30,412 nt of DNA. Origin: Tepidisphaerales bacterium. Its GTDB lineage: Bacteria; Planctomycetota; Phycisphaerae; Tepidisphaerales; Tepidisphaeraceae. Shown here piece after piece: positions 8,370-17,096 of this stretch. Location: positions 1-30,412 of the forward strand of contig JBBSFP010000001.1 of assembly GCA_038238625.1 (NCBI GenBank). Direction: 5' to 3'. The first letter of the stretch is position 1. Each line of letters opens with the position of its first letter. The position numbers were made by a program, and so were the translations under genes. The notes beneath the pieces were generated by a model. That model ran no database searches, had not been told where the DNA came from, and saw only the letters and a program-made list of their open reading frames with translations.

Positions 8370-9611
8370 ATGCCTGAAGCTGTTTACCTGGTCGGTTCCG
8401 GTCGCACGGATTTTAAGCGTAACTTGAAAAAAGAAGGGCTGTCCCTTCGGGATGTGATTGCCGAAGCCGGCAAGGCCGCCCTGAGCGATGCCGGACTGCA
8501 GCCCAGCGACGTGCAGTCAGGCGTGGTGGGAAACTTTGCAGCCGGGTTGTTCACCAGGCAGTTGCATGTGGGCGCCCTGATGTTGAACATCGATTCGGCC
8601 CTCCAGGGCATTCCAACGATTCATACCGAGGCCGCTTGCGCTTCCGGAAGCGTCGCCGTAATTACCGCGATTCACCAGATAATGGCAGGGGCATACGACG
8701 TGGTATTGGTGGTGGGTGCCGAACAGCAAAAAACCATGTCACCTTCTGAAGGGTCCGACGTGCTGGGGGGTGCCGGCGATTTTGCCCATGAGAAGCCGAT
8801 CTATGGCGAGTTTATGTTTCCCAAACTTTTCGGCCGCATCGCACAGCTTTATCGTGAGCGTTATGGCGTAACCGATGAGCAGCTTTCGCAGGTCGCGGTA
8901 AAAAACCGGGCGCATGCGCAGCTGAATCCGCTGGCACAAACGCGCGGCAGCAAGCTGACGTTGAACGATGCGCTGACCGTATCCGACCAAAACGTTTGCA
9001 TCGCCGCTCCACTGAAAATTACGGATTGTTCTCAGATTACGGATGGCGCGGCGGCAGTGGTGTTGGTATCTGAACGCTTTGTCAAGAAGATGGCGCAGAA
9101 GCGACCCTTGGTGAAATTGGCGGGCTTCGGGCACGCGACCGATTTCCTGGCTCTGGATCAGAAAGATGTGCCGGAGTTTCCGTGCGGAAGAAAGTCAACA
9201 ACCGCTGCATATACCATGGCTAACCTGACACCCACACAGATTGATGGGGCTGAGGTTCATGATTGCTTTAGCATCTCTGAAATTGTTGCCTACGAACTGC
9301 TTGGCTTGGCCGAGCGCGGACAGGGCCCAGCGCTGGTAGCCAGCGGCGCTACTGCCCTGCCGAGCGTACGCCAACAACTCGGCGGGAGTGCCGGCAGCCC
9401 AGGGCGATCAATCCCAGTCAACACCGGTGGCGGTTTGATAGGTGATGGGCACCCCGTGGGTGCCACCGGGGTGCGGCAAGTCGTTGAAGCCTATCAGCAG
9501 CTCACCGAAGCCGCCGGCGAACGACAGGTTGCCAATGCCCGGCGATACTTTACTTACAACATGGGTGGCAGCATGACCACCTGCGTCAGCATGATCTGGC
9601 AGCGCAACTAA
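8370..9611 (+). CDS. Thiolase, SCP2-type (acetyl-CoA C-acyltransferase family)
   Basis: EAACASG (catalytic Cys), EVHDCFS, GGLIGDGHPVGATG, CSQITDGAAAVVL; GGAGG SD upstream. Confidence 0.9.
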   Translation: MPEAVYLVGSGRTDFKRNLKKEGLSLRDVIAEAGKAALSDAGLQPSDVQSGVVGNFAAGLFTRQLHVGALMLNIDSALQGIPTIHTEAACASGSVAVITAIHQIMAGAYDVVLVVGAEQQKTMSPSEGSDVLGGAGDFAHEKPIYGEFMFPKLFGRIAQLYRERYGVTDEQLSQVAVKNRAHAQLNPLAQTRGSKLTLNDALTVSDQNVCIAAPLKITDCSQITDGAAAVVLVSERFVKKMAQKRPLVKLAGFGHATDFLALDQKDVPEFPCGRKSTTAAYTMANLTPTQIDGAEVHDCFSISEIVAYELLGLAERGQGPALVASGATALPSVRQQLGGSAGSPGRSIPVNTGGGLIGDGHPVGATGVRQVVEAYQQLTEAAGERQVANARRYFTYNMGGSMTTCVSMIWQRN

Positions 9612-9657
9612 TCACCTCATGGCTCCCGTTGACGACCGGTCGAACGAAGGACTTGTA

Positions 9658-10908
9658 ATGGAAAACGCACAACGGGAAAAAATGAGCCCCGAACCAGACG
9701 GTGTCCGCGTGCTGACAGCAGTCCCTATCTGTGACGGACATGACAGCGCAATCAACACCGTCAACCTCGAATTCATCCATCACGGCATTGAGGTGATTTA
9801 CCTCGGTTATCATCGGCCGGTTGAAGAAATTGTCCGCGCCGCCATCCAGGAAGACGTACGGGCTGTCGGCATTTCCAGCTACAACGGGGGACATGTGGAA
9901 TTTTTTGCCCGCGTCGTGGAGGGGCTCCGCCAACAGGGTGCCGCTGATATCAGCGTATTCGGTGGCGGGGGCGGCACCATCACCGAGCAGGATGCCGTCC
10001 AGATGCGTGCTGCAGGCGTGGAACAAATTTTCTTCGCCGGTACACCGCTCAAAGCCCTGACCGAATACGTGCATCAGCATTACAAACCACCCGCTGTCGA
10101 CGCGGCTGGTCGAAATCGCGACCACACCGCTTCGCACGATCGCCAATTAGCACGCCTGCTAAGCGATGCAATCGCATCACCCCAACGTGGCAACGGAAAA
10201 GCCAGACCCATCGCCGATGGGCATAAGTCGCTGGTTATCGGCATTACCGGTCCGGGGGGTGCGGGAAAGACCACGCTCATCGACGAGTTGGTGCTCCGCT
10301 GCCTGACGACTTCGCCCACCGCTCGAATCGCTATTCTCTCTCATGATCCCAGCATCGTGGGTAAAGGTGCCTTGCTGGGCGACCGGGCAGCGATGATCTA
10401 TTCCCAAAACGACCGCGTATTCATGCGCAGCCTTGCCACGCGCGGACAAACCGGTGGAATTTCCGCCGGTACCGAACAATGCCTTGAATTGCTCAAATCA
10501 GTTGATGTCCCCGGCGGCGCATTTGATGTGATCTTTGTAGAAACCGTCGGGATTGGGCAGGAAGCCATGCCCTTTACTAAGGCGGTGGTGGATCAGACGC
10601 TGCTGGTCATGAGCCCCGATTACGGCAGCCGATTGCAACTGCAAAAGATTGTGATGCTTGATCTGGCAGATGTGGTGGTGATCAACAAGTCTGATCTTGC
10701 CGGCGCTAAGACAGCCGCTTCGGAAGTCAGTCATCGCATTGCCACACCAGAGCAGGCCCGCAAAATAATTTCCACTGTCGCCAAACGACATCGCGACACC
10801 GGCGTCAATGAGTTGTTTGATTATCTGATTGCTGGTCATTTGCAGAAATTGCAACCTGCTGCTGTCGATTCCGACAAATCGCTGAAGCCCATCTCCAACC
10901 AGGCATGA
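9658..10908 (+). CDS. Cobalamin-binding domain fused to a MeaB-type GTPase (N-terminal half of an IcmF-like mutase); alternative start 9619
   Basis: DGHDSAIN (DxH B12 motif), SSYNGGHVEFF, VFGGGGGTI, GITGPGGAGKTT, RSLATRG, ETVGIGQ, NKSD; GAAGGA SD 6 nt before ATG 9658. Confidence 0.9.
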   Translation: MENAQREKMSPEPDGVRVLTAVPICDGHDSAINTVNLEFIHHGIEVIYLGYHRPVEEIVRAAIQEDVRAVGISSYNGGHVEFFARVVEGLRQQGAADISVFGGGGGTITEQDAVQMRAAGVEQIFFAGTPLKALTEYVHQHYKPPAVDAAGRNRDHTASHDRQLARLLSDAIASPQRGNGKARPIADGHKSLVIGITGPGGAGKTTLIDELVLRCLTTSPTARIAILSHDPSIVGKGALLGDRAAMIYSQNDRVFMRSLATRGQTGGISAGTEQCLELLKSVDVPGGAFDVIFVETVGIGQEAMPFTKAVVDQTLLVMSPDYGSRLQLQKIVMLDLADVVVINKSDLAGAKTAASEVSHRIATPEQARKIISTVAKRHRDTGVNELFDYLIAGHLQKLQPAAVDSDKSLKPISNQA

Positions 10909-10912
10909 ACCT

Positions 10913-12679
10913 ATGAACACGCTCGCCAGCACCCTTACATCCGTTGCCGCCTCAGTTGAGGAATATGACCAGTTCGTTACCGGGCAGGTGGAGCGCGCGC
11001 GCAGCGATGAGGGGTTTGCGCACAAAACCCGGGAAAAGTGGGAATCGATTAAAAGTGCCATCCCCATGACCACCACGCCAACGGGAATCAAGCTACCGCG
11101 GCTGGCGCTCCCGCAGGTGGACGAGCCGGGAGAAATGGCGCGCTACCTCTATAGCGAGGGACTACCAGGCGAATTTCCCTATGTAAATGGCATCTATCGC
11201 GAAATGTACCTCGCCAAAGACCTTGGCGAAGTGGTAGCCGAAGAGCCGACCCGTCTTTTTGCGGGTCTGGGATTGGCCGAAGACACCAACGCCCGCTTCC
11301 ACTATCTGACCCGGCAACAGCGCAGCCTTCGCCTGAGCACCGCCTTTGATGGACCCACTCTCTACGGCGTGGACAGCGATACCCCCGGCGTACTGGGCAA
11401 GATCGGCGAGGGGGGTGTTGCCATCGACACTATTGACGATATGGAACGGCTCTACGAGGGATTCCCGTTCGGCGATAGTAACTTCTCGGTGTCCATGACC
11501 ATGAACGGTCCAGCACCGATCATCCTGGCGATGTACGTCTCCGCCGCGCGGCGCAAGTACGGTAAAGAGATCATCCCCAAGCTGCGCGGAACCATCCAGG
11601 CTGACATCCTCAAAGAAGTGCAGGCACAGAATGAAATGATCTTTCCGGTCGATGCATCATTGCGGTTCCTGGGGGACATGGTGGAGTATGCCACCGAATT
11701 TATGCCGCGCTGGTACCCGATTTCCATCAGCGGTTATCACATAGCCGAAGCGGGCGCGACCCCTGTACAGCAGGCTGCCTACACCCTCTCAAACGGGTTC
11801 ACCTATGTGCAGCTTTTTAAAGAGCGCGGCATGGATGTAAACGTGTTTGGCCCGCGGCTCTCGTTTTTCCTCGACGGTGGGCTCGACGTGGAATATTACG
11901 CCCTGGCGTCGGTGTGCCGGCGCATCTGGGCCATCGGAATGCGCGATGTGTTCGGCGCAAGCCCCAAAGCGCAGATGTTCAAGCTGCACATCCAAACCAG
12001 CGGCCGCTCGCTCATCGCCCACGAGTTCCAGAACAATCTAACCCGTACCGCCATCGAACTCATGATGGCGTACAACAATCACACCAACTCCTGCCACTCC
12101 AACAGTGCCGATGAGCCGTTTACCACGCCCAGCGAGCAATATGTGCGTCTCGCCGCCCATGCGCAGGCCATCATGCTCGAAGAGAGCGGCCTCTTTAAAC
12201 ACATGATGAACACCACCAGCGGATCGCCGGGGATGAAAATCATCGAGAAGGCCGTGCAGGATGCGATCATCGAAGAGTTCCGCGAGATTGATCGGCTGGG
12301 TGGAGTGCTGTCGGCCATTGAGCACCGCTACCAGCGCAGCCAAATTCAAAATGCCGCGCATCGCTACGAGCAACAGATTTACGCTGGTGTAAGGCCGATC
12401 ATTGCCCTCAACCGTTACGCCGCCATGGGCGAGGGAACATCAGACCTGCCGGTGGTACGTACGGACCCAGCCAAGCAGCATCAGCAAGTCGGACGGCTGG
12501 CGGAATTTAAAAAGCGACACGCCCCCCATGCCCAAAAGGCGCTCGATGAGCTCACGCGCGTGGTAGAAACCGGCGGTAATGTCTTCGCGCAGCTGATCGA
12601 AACTGTCGAACATTGCTCGCTCGGCCAAATCATCGACCGCCTCAGCGCGATCGTCGGTCGTTTCCGTCCAACCGTCTAA
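10913..12679 (+). CDS. Acyl-CoA mutase substrate-binding subunit, IcmF / isobutyryl-CoA mutase type
   Basis: PGEFPYVNG, EEPTRLFAG, RLSTAFDGPTLYG, GTIQADILKEVQAQN, SISGYHIAEAGA, RLSFF, HIQTSGRSL; Phe/Gln rather than Tyr/Arg at the specificity positions. Confidence 0.9.
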   Translation: MNTLASTLTSVAASVEEYDQFVTGQVERARSDEGFAHKTREKWESIKSAIPMTTTPTGIKLPRLALPQVDEPGEMARYLYSEGLPGEFPYVNGIYREMYLAKDLGEVVAEEPTRLFAGLGLAEDTNARFHYLTRQQRSLRLSTAFDGPTLYGVDSDTPGVLGKIGEGGVAIDTIDDMERLYEGFPFGDSNFSVSMTMNGPAPIILAMYVSAARRKYGKEIIPKLRGTIQADILKEVQAQNEMIFPVDASLRFLGDMVEYATEFMPRWYPISISGYHIAEAGATPVQQAAYTLSNGFTYVQLFKERGMDVNVFGPRLSFFLDGGLDVEYYALASVCRRIWAIGMRDVFGASPKAQMFKLHIQTSGRSLIAHEFQNNLTRTAIELMMAYNNHTNSCHSNSADEPFTTPSEQYVRLAAHAQAIMLEESGLFKHMMNTTSGSPGMKIIEKAVQDAIIEEFREIDRLGGVLSAIEHRYQRSQIQNAAHRYEQQIYAGVRPIIALNRYAAMGEGTSDLPVVRTDPAKQHQQVGRLAEFKKRHAPHAQKALDELTRVVETGGNVFAQLIETVEHCSLGQIIDRLSAIVGRFRPTV

Positions 12680-12720
12680 GATCATCCGGCGTCGGCAACG
12701 TCGAATACCCAAGGCTCCGC

Positions 12721-14175
12721 ATGACCCCCACCGTCGTTACCGGTACCCCAACTGCCGCGCAGCAGCGTGTCGCGCATCCCCTGGCCGACCGTTTGGCCGC
12801 CTACACCCACTCCCTGAAGTTCGAGGACCTGCCCAAGGCAGTCGTGCATGAAGTGAAGCGGCGCGTGATCGATTCCATTGGCTGCGCCCTGGGTTCGTGG
12901 ACGGCCGAGCCGTGCGTGATTGCACGAAAGGTAGCTTCTGAACTCAGCGCCCAGCACGGTGCTACTTTGTGGGGAACCGATCACCGCGCACCTCTGGATT
13001 GGGCCGCATTTGCCAACGGTTTGCTGGTGCGCTATCTGGATTACAACGATACCTATTTGTCGAAAGAACCCGCCCATCCCAGCGACAATATTCCCGCCGC
13101 CATCGCTGTGGCGGAGGCATACAGGGTTAATGGGCGCGAGCTGATCACCGCCATTGCCCTTGCGTATGAAGTCCAGTGCCGCTTTTGTGATGCCGTGAGC
13201 CTGCGGGCACGCGGCTGGGATCATGTGACCTACGGCGCTTTTTCCACCGCCGTGGCGGCGTCCCGTTTGATGAAACTGGATGTCGCAGGCACTCGTCATG
13301 CTATCGGCATCGCCGGTGTCACAAGCGCTGCGTTGCGGCAGTCGCGCGTCGGTGAACTTTCCCACTGGAAAGGTGCCGCTTTTGCCAATTCGGCTCGACA
13401 TGGCGTGTATGCCGCAATGCTGGCGCGCGAAGGCATGACCGGTCCGGCCCCCATCTTTGAAGGCGAGAAGGGGTTTGAAAAACTGGTCAGCGGTGCCGCG
13501 ATGGAAGTCGCCGGTCCATTTGCGCTGCAGTCATCCGACCAAAAACTCCCGCCGCGCGCTCCCGAAGATGGGTTCATGATCCTCAAGACGCTCATCAAAT
13601 TCTGGCCGGCTGAATACCATGCCCAGAGCGCGGTGGAAGCGGCGATGCGCCTTCGGCCTAAGCTTGACGGGGCCGAGAATATCGAAACCGTCATCATCGA
13701 AAGCCACGATGCGGCCGTGGATATCATTGGCAGCGAATCTGAAAAATGGCGGCCCACCCATCGTGAAACCGCCGATCACAGCCTGCCTTACATGGTGGGT
13801 GTGGCGCTGGTGGATGGGGAATTAACTCAGCGGCAGTTCACGCATGAACGTTTGTCGGATGAAAAACTCCTGAGCTTTTTGCAGCGGGTCGAAGTTCGCC
13901 GCAATGCAGAGCTAACCGCCCTCTATCCCGACGCCGTCGCCAACAAGGTCACCATTAAACTCAAAGGCGGTCGCAGCATCAGCGAGCGCATAGATTACCC
14001 GAAGGGGCACGCTAAAAACGCTTTGTCTGATGGTGAGGTGGAAGCCAAATTTCATGCGCAGGCTGATGAAGTCCTAGGAGCGCAGCGCTCCGATGCCGTT
14101 CTCAAATGGGCATGGCAACTTGAGGAAACCGCTAATCCGGCCGATTTGTTGACGCTTCTGAAGATACAAGGTTAA
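12721..14175 (+). CDS. prpD: 2-methylcitrate dehydratase (MmgE/PrpD family)
   Basis: VRYLDYNDTYLSKEPAHPSDN, GWDHVT, RVGELSHWKG, AEYHAQSA, ETADHSLPY. Start placed at ATG 12721 because the ORF-track start 12613 overlaps the mutase. Confidence 0.92.
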   Translation: MTPTVVTGTPTAAQQRVAHPLADRLAAYTHSLKFEDLPKAVVHEVKRRVIDSIGCALGSWTAEPCVIARKVASELSAQHGATLWGTDHRAPLDWAAFANGLLVRYLDYNDTYLSKEPAHPSDNIPAAIAVAEAYRVNGRELITAIALAYEVQCRFCDAVSLRARGWDHVTYGAFSTAVAASRLMKLDVAGTRHAIGIAGVTSAALRQSRVGELSHWKGAAFANSARHGVYAAMLAREGMTGPAPIFEGEKGFEKLVSGAAMEVAGPFALQSSDQKLPPRAPEDGFMILKTLIKFWPAEYHAQSAVEAAMRLRPKLDGAENIETVIIESHDAAVDIIGSESEKWRPTHRETADHSLPYMVGVALVDGELTQRQFTHERLSDEKLLSFLQRVEVRRNAELTALYPDAVANKVTIKLKGGRSISERIDYPKGHAKNALSDGEVEAKFHAQADEVLGAQRSDAVLKWAWQLEETANPADLLTLLKIQG

Positions 14176-14180
14176 AGTTC

Positions 14181-15044
14181 GTGGCACCTATCGAATTGCA
14201 CAGCAAACCCGCACGCCTGCGCCAGCTTCTCGAAGCGGGTTGCGTTGCCATGCCGGGCGCATTCAATGGCGCTTCGGCTCGGCTGGTGCAGCGTGCCGGA
14301 TTCGATGCCGTTTACATCTCCGGCGCGGGCTTAGCCAACGCCACAGCGGGTCTGCCTGACATCGGCCTGCTGACGCTCAGTGAGGTGACATTGCTGGCAC
14401 GGTTTGCCGCGTCGGCGGTTGATATCCCGGCGATTGTAGATGCTGATACCGGGTTCGGGGGCCCCGAAAACGCTGCCCGCACCGTGCGGGATCTCACCCA
14501 TGCCGGGCTGGCGGGATGTCATATTGAAGATCAGGAATTCCCCAAGCGCTGTGGGCATCTGGGAGGAAAGACGCTGGTTTCGACCGAGGATATGTGCGCC
14601 AAGCTGCGCGCTGCAGCCACGGCCAAGCCCGACCGGGATTTTCTGCTGATCGCGCGAACTGATGCCCGCGCCGTGGAGGGATTCGACGCCGCCGTGGCCC
14701 GTGCCCATGCATACCTGCACGCAGGGGCCGATGCAATTTTTCCCGAGGCCCTGCAAACCGCCGAAGAATTTTTCGCCTTCGCCAAGGCAATATCAGCGCC
14801 GTTGCTGGCGAACATGACTGAATTTGGCCGTAGCCCGCTGTTGAGCGTCAGTCAACTGGCGGAAATGGGCTACCGGATGGTGATTTTTCCGCAAACCGCT
14901 TTCCGTGTCAGCATGCGTGCAGCGGATGAATTACTTAAAGACCTGCGAATCGCCGGCACGCAGGAACAGTGGCTCAGCCGCATGCAGACGCGGCAGGACT
15001 TGTACAATCTACTGGGATACGATCCCACGATGAATTCCCGCTGA
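14181..15044 (+). CDS. prpB: Methylisocitrate lyase
   Basis: YISGAG, DADTGFG, HIEDQEFPKRCGHLGGK, IARTDA, ADAIFPEAL, LLANMTEFG; GTG start 5 nt after prpD. Confidence 0.93.
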   Translation: MAPIELHSKPARLRQLLEAGCVAMPGAFNGASARLVQRAGFDAVYISGAGLANATAGLPDIGLLTLSEVTLLARFAASAVDIPAIVDADTGFGGPENAARTVRDLTHAGLAGCHIEDQEFPKRCGHLGGKTLVSTEDMCAKLRAAATAKPDRDFLLIARTDARAVEGFDAAVARAHAYLHAGADAIFPEALQTAEEFFAFAKAISAPLLANMTEFGRSPLLSVSQLAEMGYRMVIFPQTAFRVSMRAADELLKDLRIAGTQEQWLSRMQTRQDLYNLLGYDPTMNSR

Positions 15045-15124
15045 CGCTTGCCAATTCGCATAAGAATCGCTCAAATGCCCAGCCCTCTCGTGGTGCGAGA
15101 ACTCAACAACTTTGAGGAGTGTTT

Positions 15125-16291
15125 ATGACGCAGGCATCCCCCACCGCTACCAAAACCGGCGATAACGCGACCGGTAATAAACCCAACTTTAGCCCTGGCT
15201 TGGCCGGGGTGATTGCCGGGGAATCCAGTATTTGCCTGGTCGATCCGGATCGCGGGCTCTTTTATCGCGGGTATGACGCCGGTGAATTAGCGACCAAATC
15301 CAATTTCGAGGAAGTGGCTTGGCTACTGATTCACGACGACCTGCCGACCGCTGCCGAATATGAAAAATTCAAATCTGAGTTAGCCACTGAGAGTAAGCTG
15401 CCTGGCCCGGTGGTGCAGGCCCTGCGACTGATGCCGCGCAACATGCATCCGATGGACATGCTGCGCACGGGTGTTTCGATGCTGGCGGCGTTTGATTCTG
15501 ACCTGAACGACGTGTCCCATGCCGCCAACGTGCGTAAGGCGGTTCGGCTGATCGCGCGTGTAGGCACGCTGGTGACCGATGGCTGGCGTATCCAGCAAGG
15601 GCAGGAACCGTTCACGCCCGCCAGCAAGATGGACTTCGCATCGCGCTTTCTGTTTGGCCTGACCGGACGTGAGCCGGAGCCATGGCGCGCCGCGGCCATT
15701 AATACGGTGTTGATCCTTTACGCCGAGCATGAATTCAACGCTTCCACATTCGCCGCGCGCGTGACTGCGTCCAGTCTCGCCGACATGTATGCCGGTATTA
15801 CCAGCGGGATTGGCACGCTCAAAGGCCCGTTGCACGGCGGAGCCAACGAAGAAGCGATGGCGATGCTCAACGACATCAAAGATGCCAGCCGCGCTGAATC
15901 CTGGGTGAAAGAGCGCCTGGTCCGCAAAGACAAAATCATGGGGTTTGGTCACCGCGTTTATAAGCAGGGTGATTCGCGCGTGCCCGCGATGCGGAATGTA
16001 TCGCGCGACCTGGCCACCCGCTTCAATCAGCCCGGGTTGGTGGATACCTGCATCGAGCTGGAAAAAATAATGGATCGAGAAAAAGGGCTGTGCGCCAACG
16101 TGGATCTTTACGCGGCACCGCTTTTCCACCTCCTGCAGATCGCGCCGGAGCTCAATACACCCATTTTTGCCGCCGGTCGAGTGGCTGGTTGGTGCGCCCA
16201 TGTGATCGAGCAGCATGACAATAACCGCATCCTGCGGCCGCGCTGCTGGTACAACGGTTCCGAGCCACGCCCCTATCACAAACCGGCATGA
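15125..16291 (+). CDS. prpC: 2-methylcitrate synthase (citrate synthase family)
   Basis: GLAGVIAGES, LFYRGY, YAEHEFNASTF, LKGPLHGGANE, IMGFGHRVYK, NVDLY, RVAGWCAH; context with prpD/prpB; GAGGAG SD. Confidence 0.88.
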   Translation: MTQASPTATKTGDNATGNKPNFSPGLAGVIAGESSICLVDPDRGLFYRGYDAGELATKSNFEEVAWLLIHDDLPTAAEYEKFKSELATESKLPGPVVQALRLMPRNMHPMDMLRTGVSMLAAFDSDLNDVSHAANVRKAVRLIARVGTLVTDGWRIQQGQEPFTPASKMDFASRFLFGLTGREPEPWRAAAINTVLILYAEHEFNASTFAARVTASSLADMYAGITSGIGTLKGPLHGGANEEAMAMLNDIKDASRAESWVKERLVRKDKIMGFGHRVYKQGDSRVPAMRNVSRDLATRFNQPGLVDTCIELEKIMDREKGLCANVDLYAAPLFHLLQIAPELNTPIFAAGRVAGWCAHVIEQHDNNRILRPRCWYNGSEPRPYHKPA

Positions 16292-16300
16292 ACCGGCACA

Positions 16301-16306
16301 TATAAT
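16301..16306 (+). promoter_or_regulatory. Candidate -10 box (TATAAT) for the PTPS-like gene
   Basis: Perfect TATAAT 24 nt upstream of ATG 16331 in a short intergenic gap. Confidence 0.4.
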
Positions 16307-16330
16307 TGCGGCCAGGACGAAGACAAACCC

Positions 16331-17086
16331 ATGTTCCGCCTCACGCGACAGGTGCGTTTTGCAGTGAACGGCCTCAATGTGCCGAGCCCCGATGATCACG
16401 TTAATGGATACGCGGGGTTCCCAACGTTGACCCCCTGGGGAATCTACCTTGGGCTTGATGTCACGCTTGCGGGAAACCTGGAATCGACAAGCGGGTACCT
16501 GCGCAATATCCGTGATGTGGACCAGGCGGTGCGGCACCGGGCGCTGCCGATTGTCCGCGAGCTCATTTCGATGAACGCATCGCCCGAAACCGTGCTGCGA
16601 AAACTATCCGATGAGCTGCGCCCCGCCTGGCCTATCGGCATGTTGCAGCACCTGCGACTGCACCTGAGCCCATTCATTCAACTTGGCCTGCAACTCTCGG
16701 AGCCGAGCATGATTCATCTCAGCCAGAAGTTCGAGTTTTCGGCCAGTCATCGGCTGCATAACCCCGCGCTCAGCGATGCGGAGAACCTGCGGGTATATGG
16801 CAAATGCAACAACTGCAACGGGCATGGGCATAATTACGAACTTCAGGTCACATTGGCCGGGCCGCTGAGCGAGTTGCCGATGTTCGAGCGTATCGTCGCC
16901 GAGACGGTTATTGATCGCTTCGATCACAAAAATCTGAACGTTGAGGTGCCAGAATTTCGAACGCTGATTCCATCCGTGGAGAACATTGCGCAGGTGATTT
17001 ATCGGCTTTTGAAACCGGCGCTGGTGGGGCTGACATCGGTCACGGTCTGGGAAACACCCAAGACCTGGTGCGAATATTCAGAGTAA
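16331..17086 (+). CDS. Two-domain 6-pyruvoyl-tetrahydropterin / 6-carboxytetrahydropterin synthase family protein (QueD-like T-fold)
   Basis: C-terminal half FSASHRL...KCNNCNGHGHNY...DHKNLN...PSVENIA...VWETP; the N-terminal half looks like a second, degenerate T-fold domain. Confidence 0.85.
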   Translation: MFRLTRQVRFAVNGLNVPSPDDHVNGYAGFPTLTPWGIYLGLDVTLAGNLESTSGYLRNIRDVDQAVRHRALPIVRELISMNASPETVLRKLSDELRPAWPIGMLQHLRLHLSPFIQLGLQLSEPSMIHLSQKFEFSASHRLHNPALSDAENLRVYGKCNNCNGHGHNYELQVTLAGPLSELPMFERIVAETVIDRFDHKNLNVEVPEFRTLIPSVENIAQVIYRLLKPALVGLTSVTVWETPKTWCEYSE

Positions 17087-17096
17087 GCGGACTGGG

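Noticed and set aside
10913-12679. Annotation as methylmalonyl-CoA mutase for propionate use
   Set aside because: Specificity residues are Phe/Gln rather than Tyr/Arg, and the motifs match IcmF.
15380-16537. 385-aa minus-strand ORF
   Set aside because: Antisense shadow of prpC and the PTPS-like gene, with no recognisable motif; long antisense ORFs are expected in GC-rich coding DNA.
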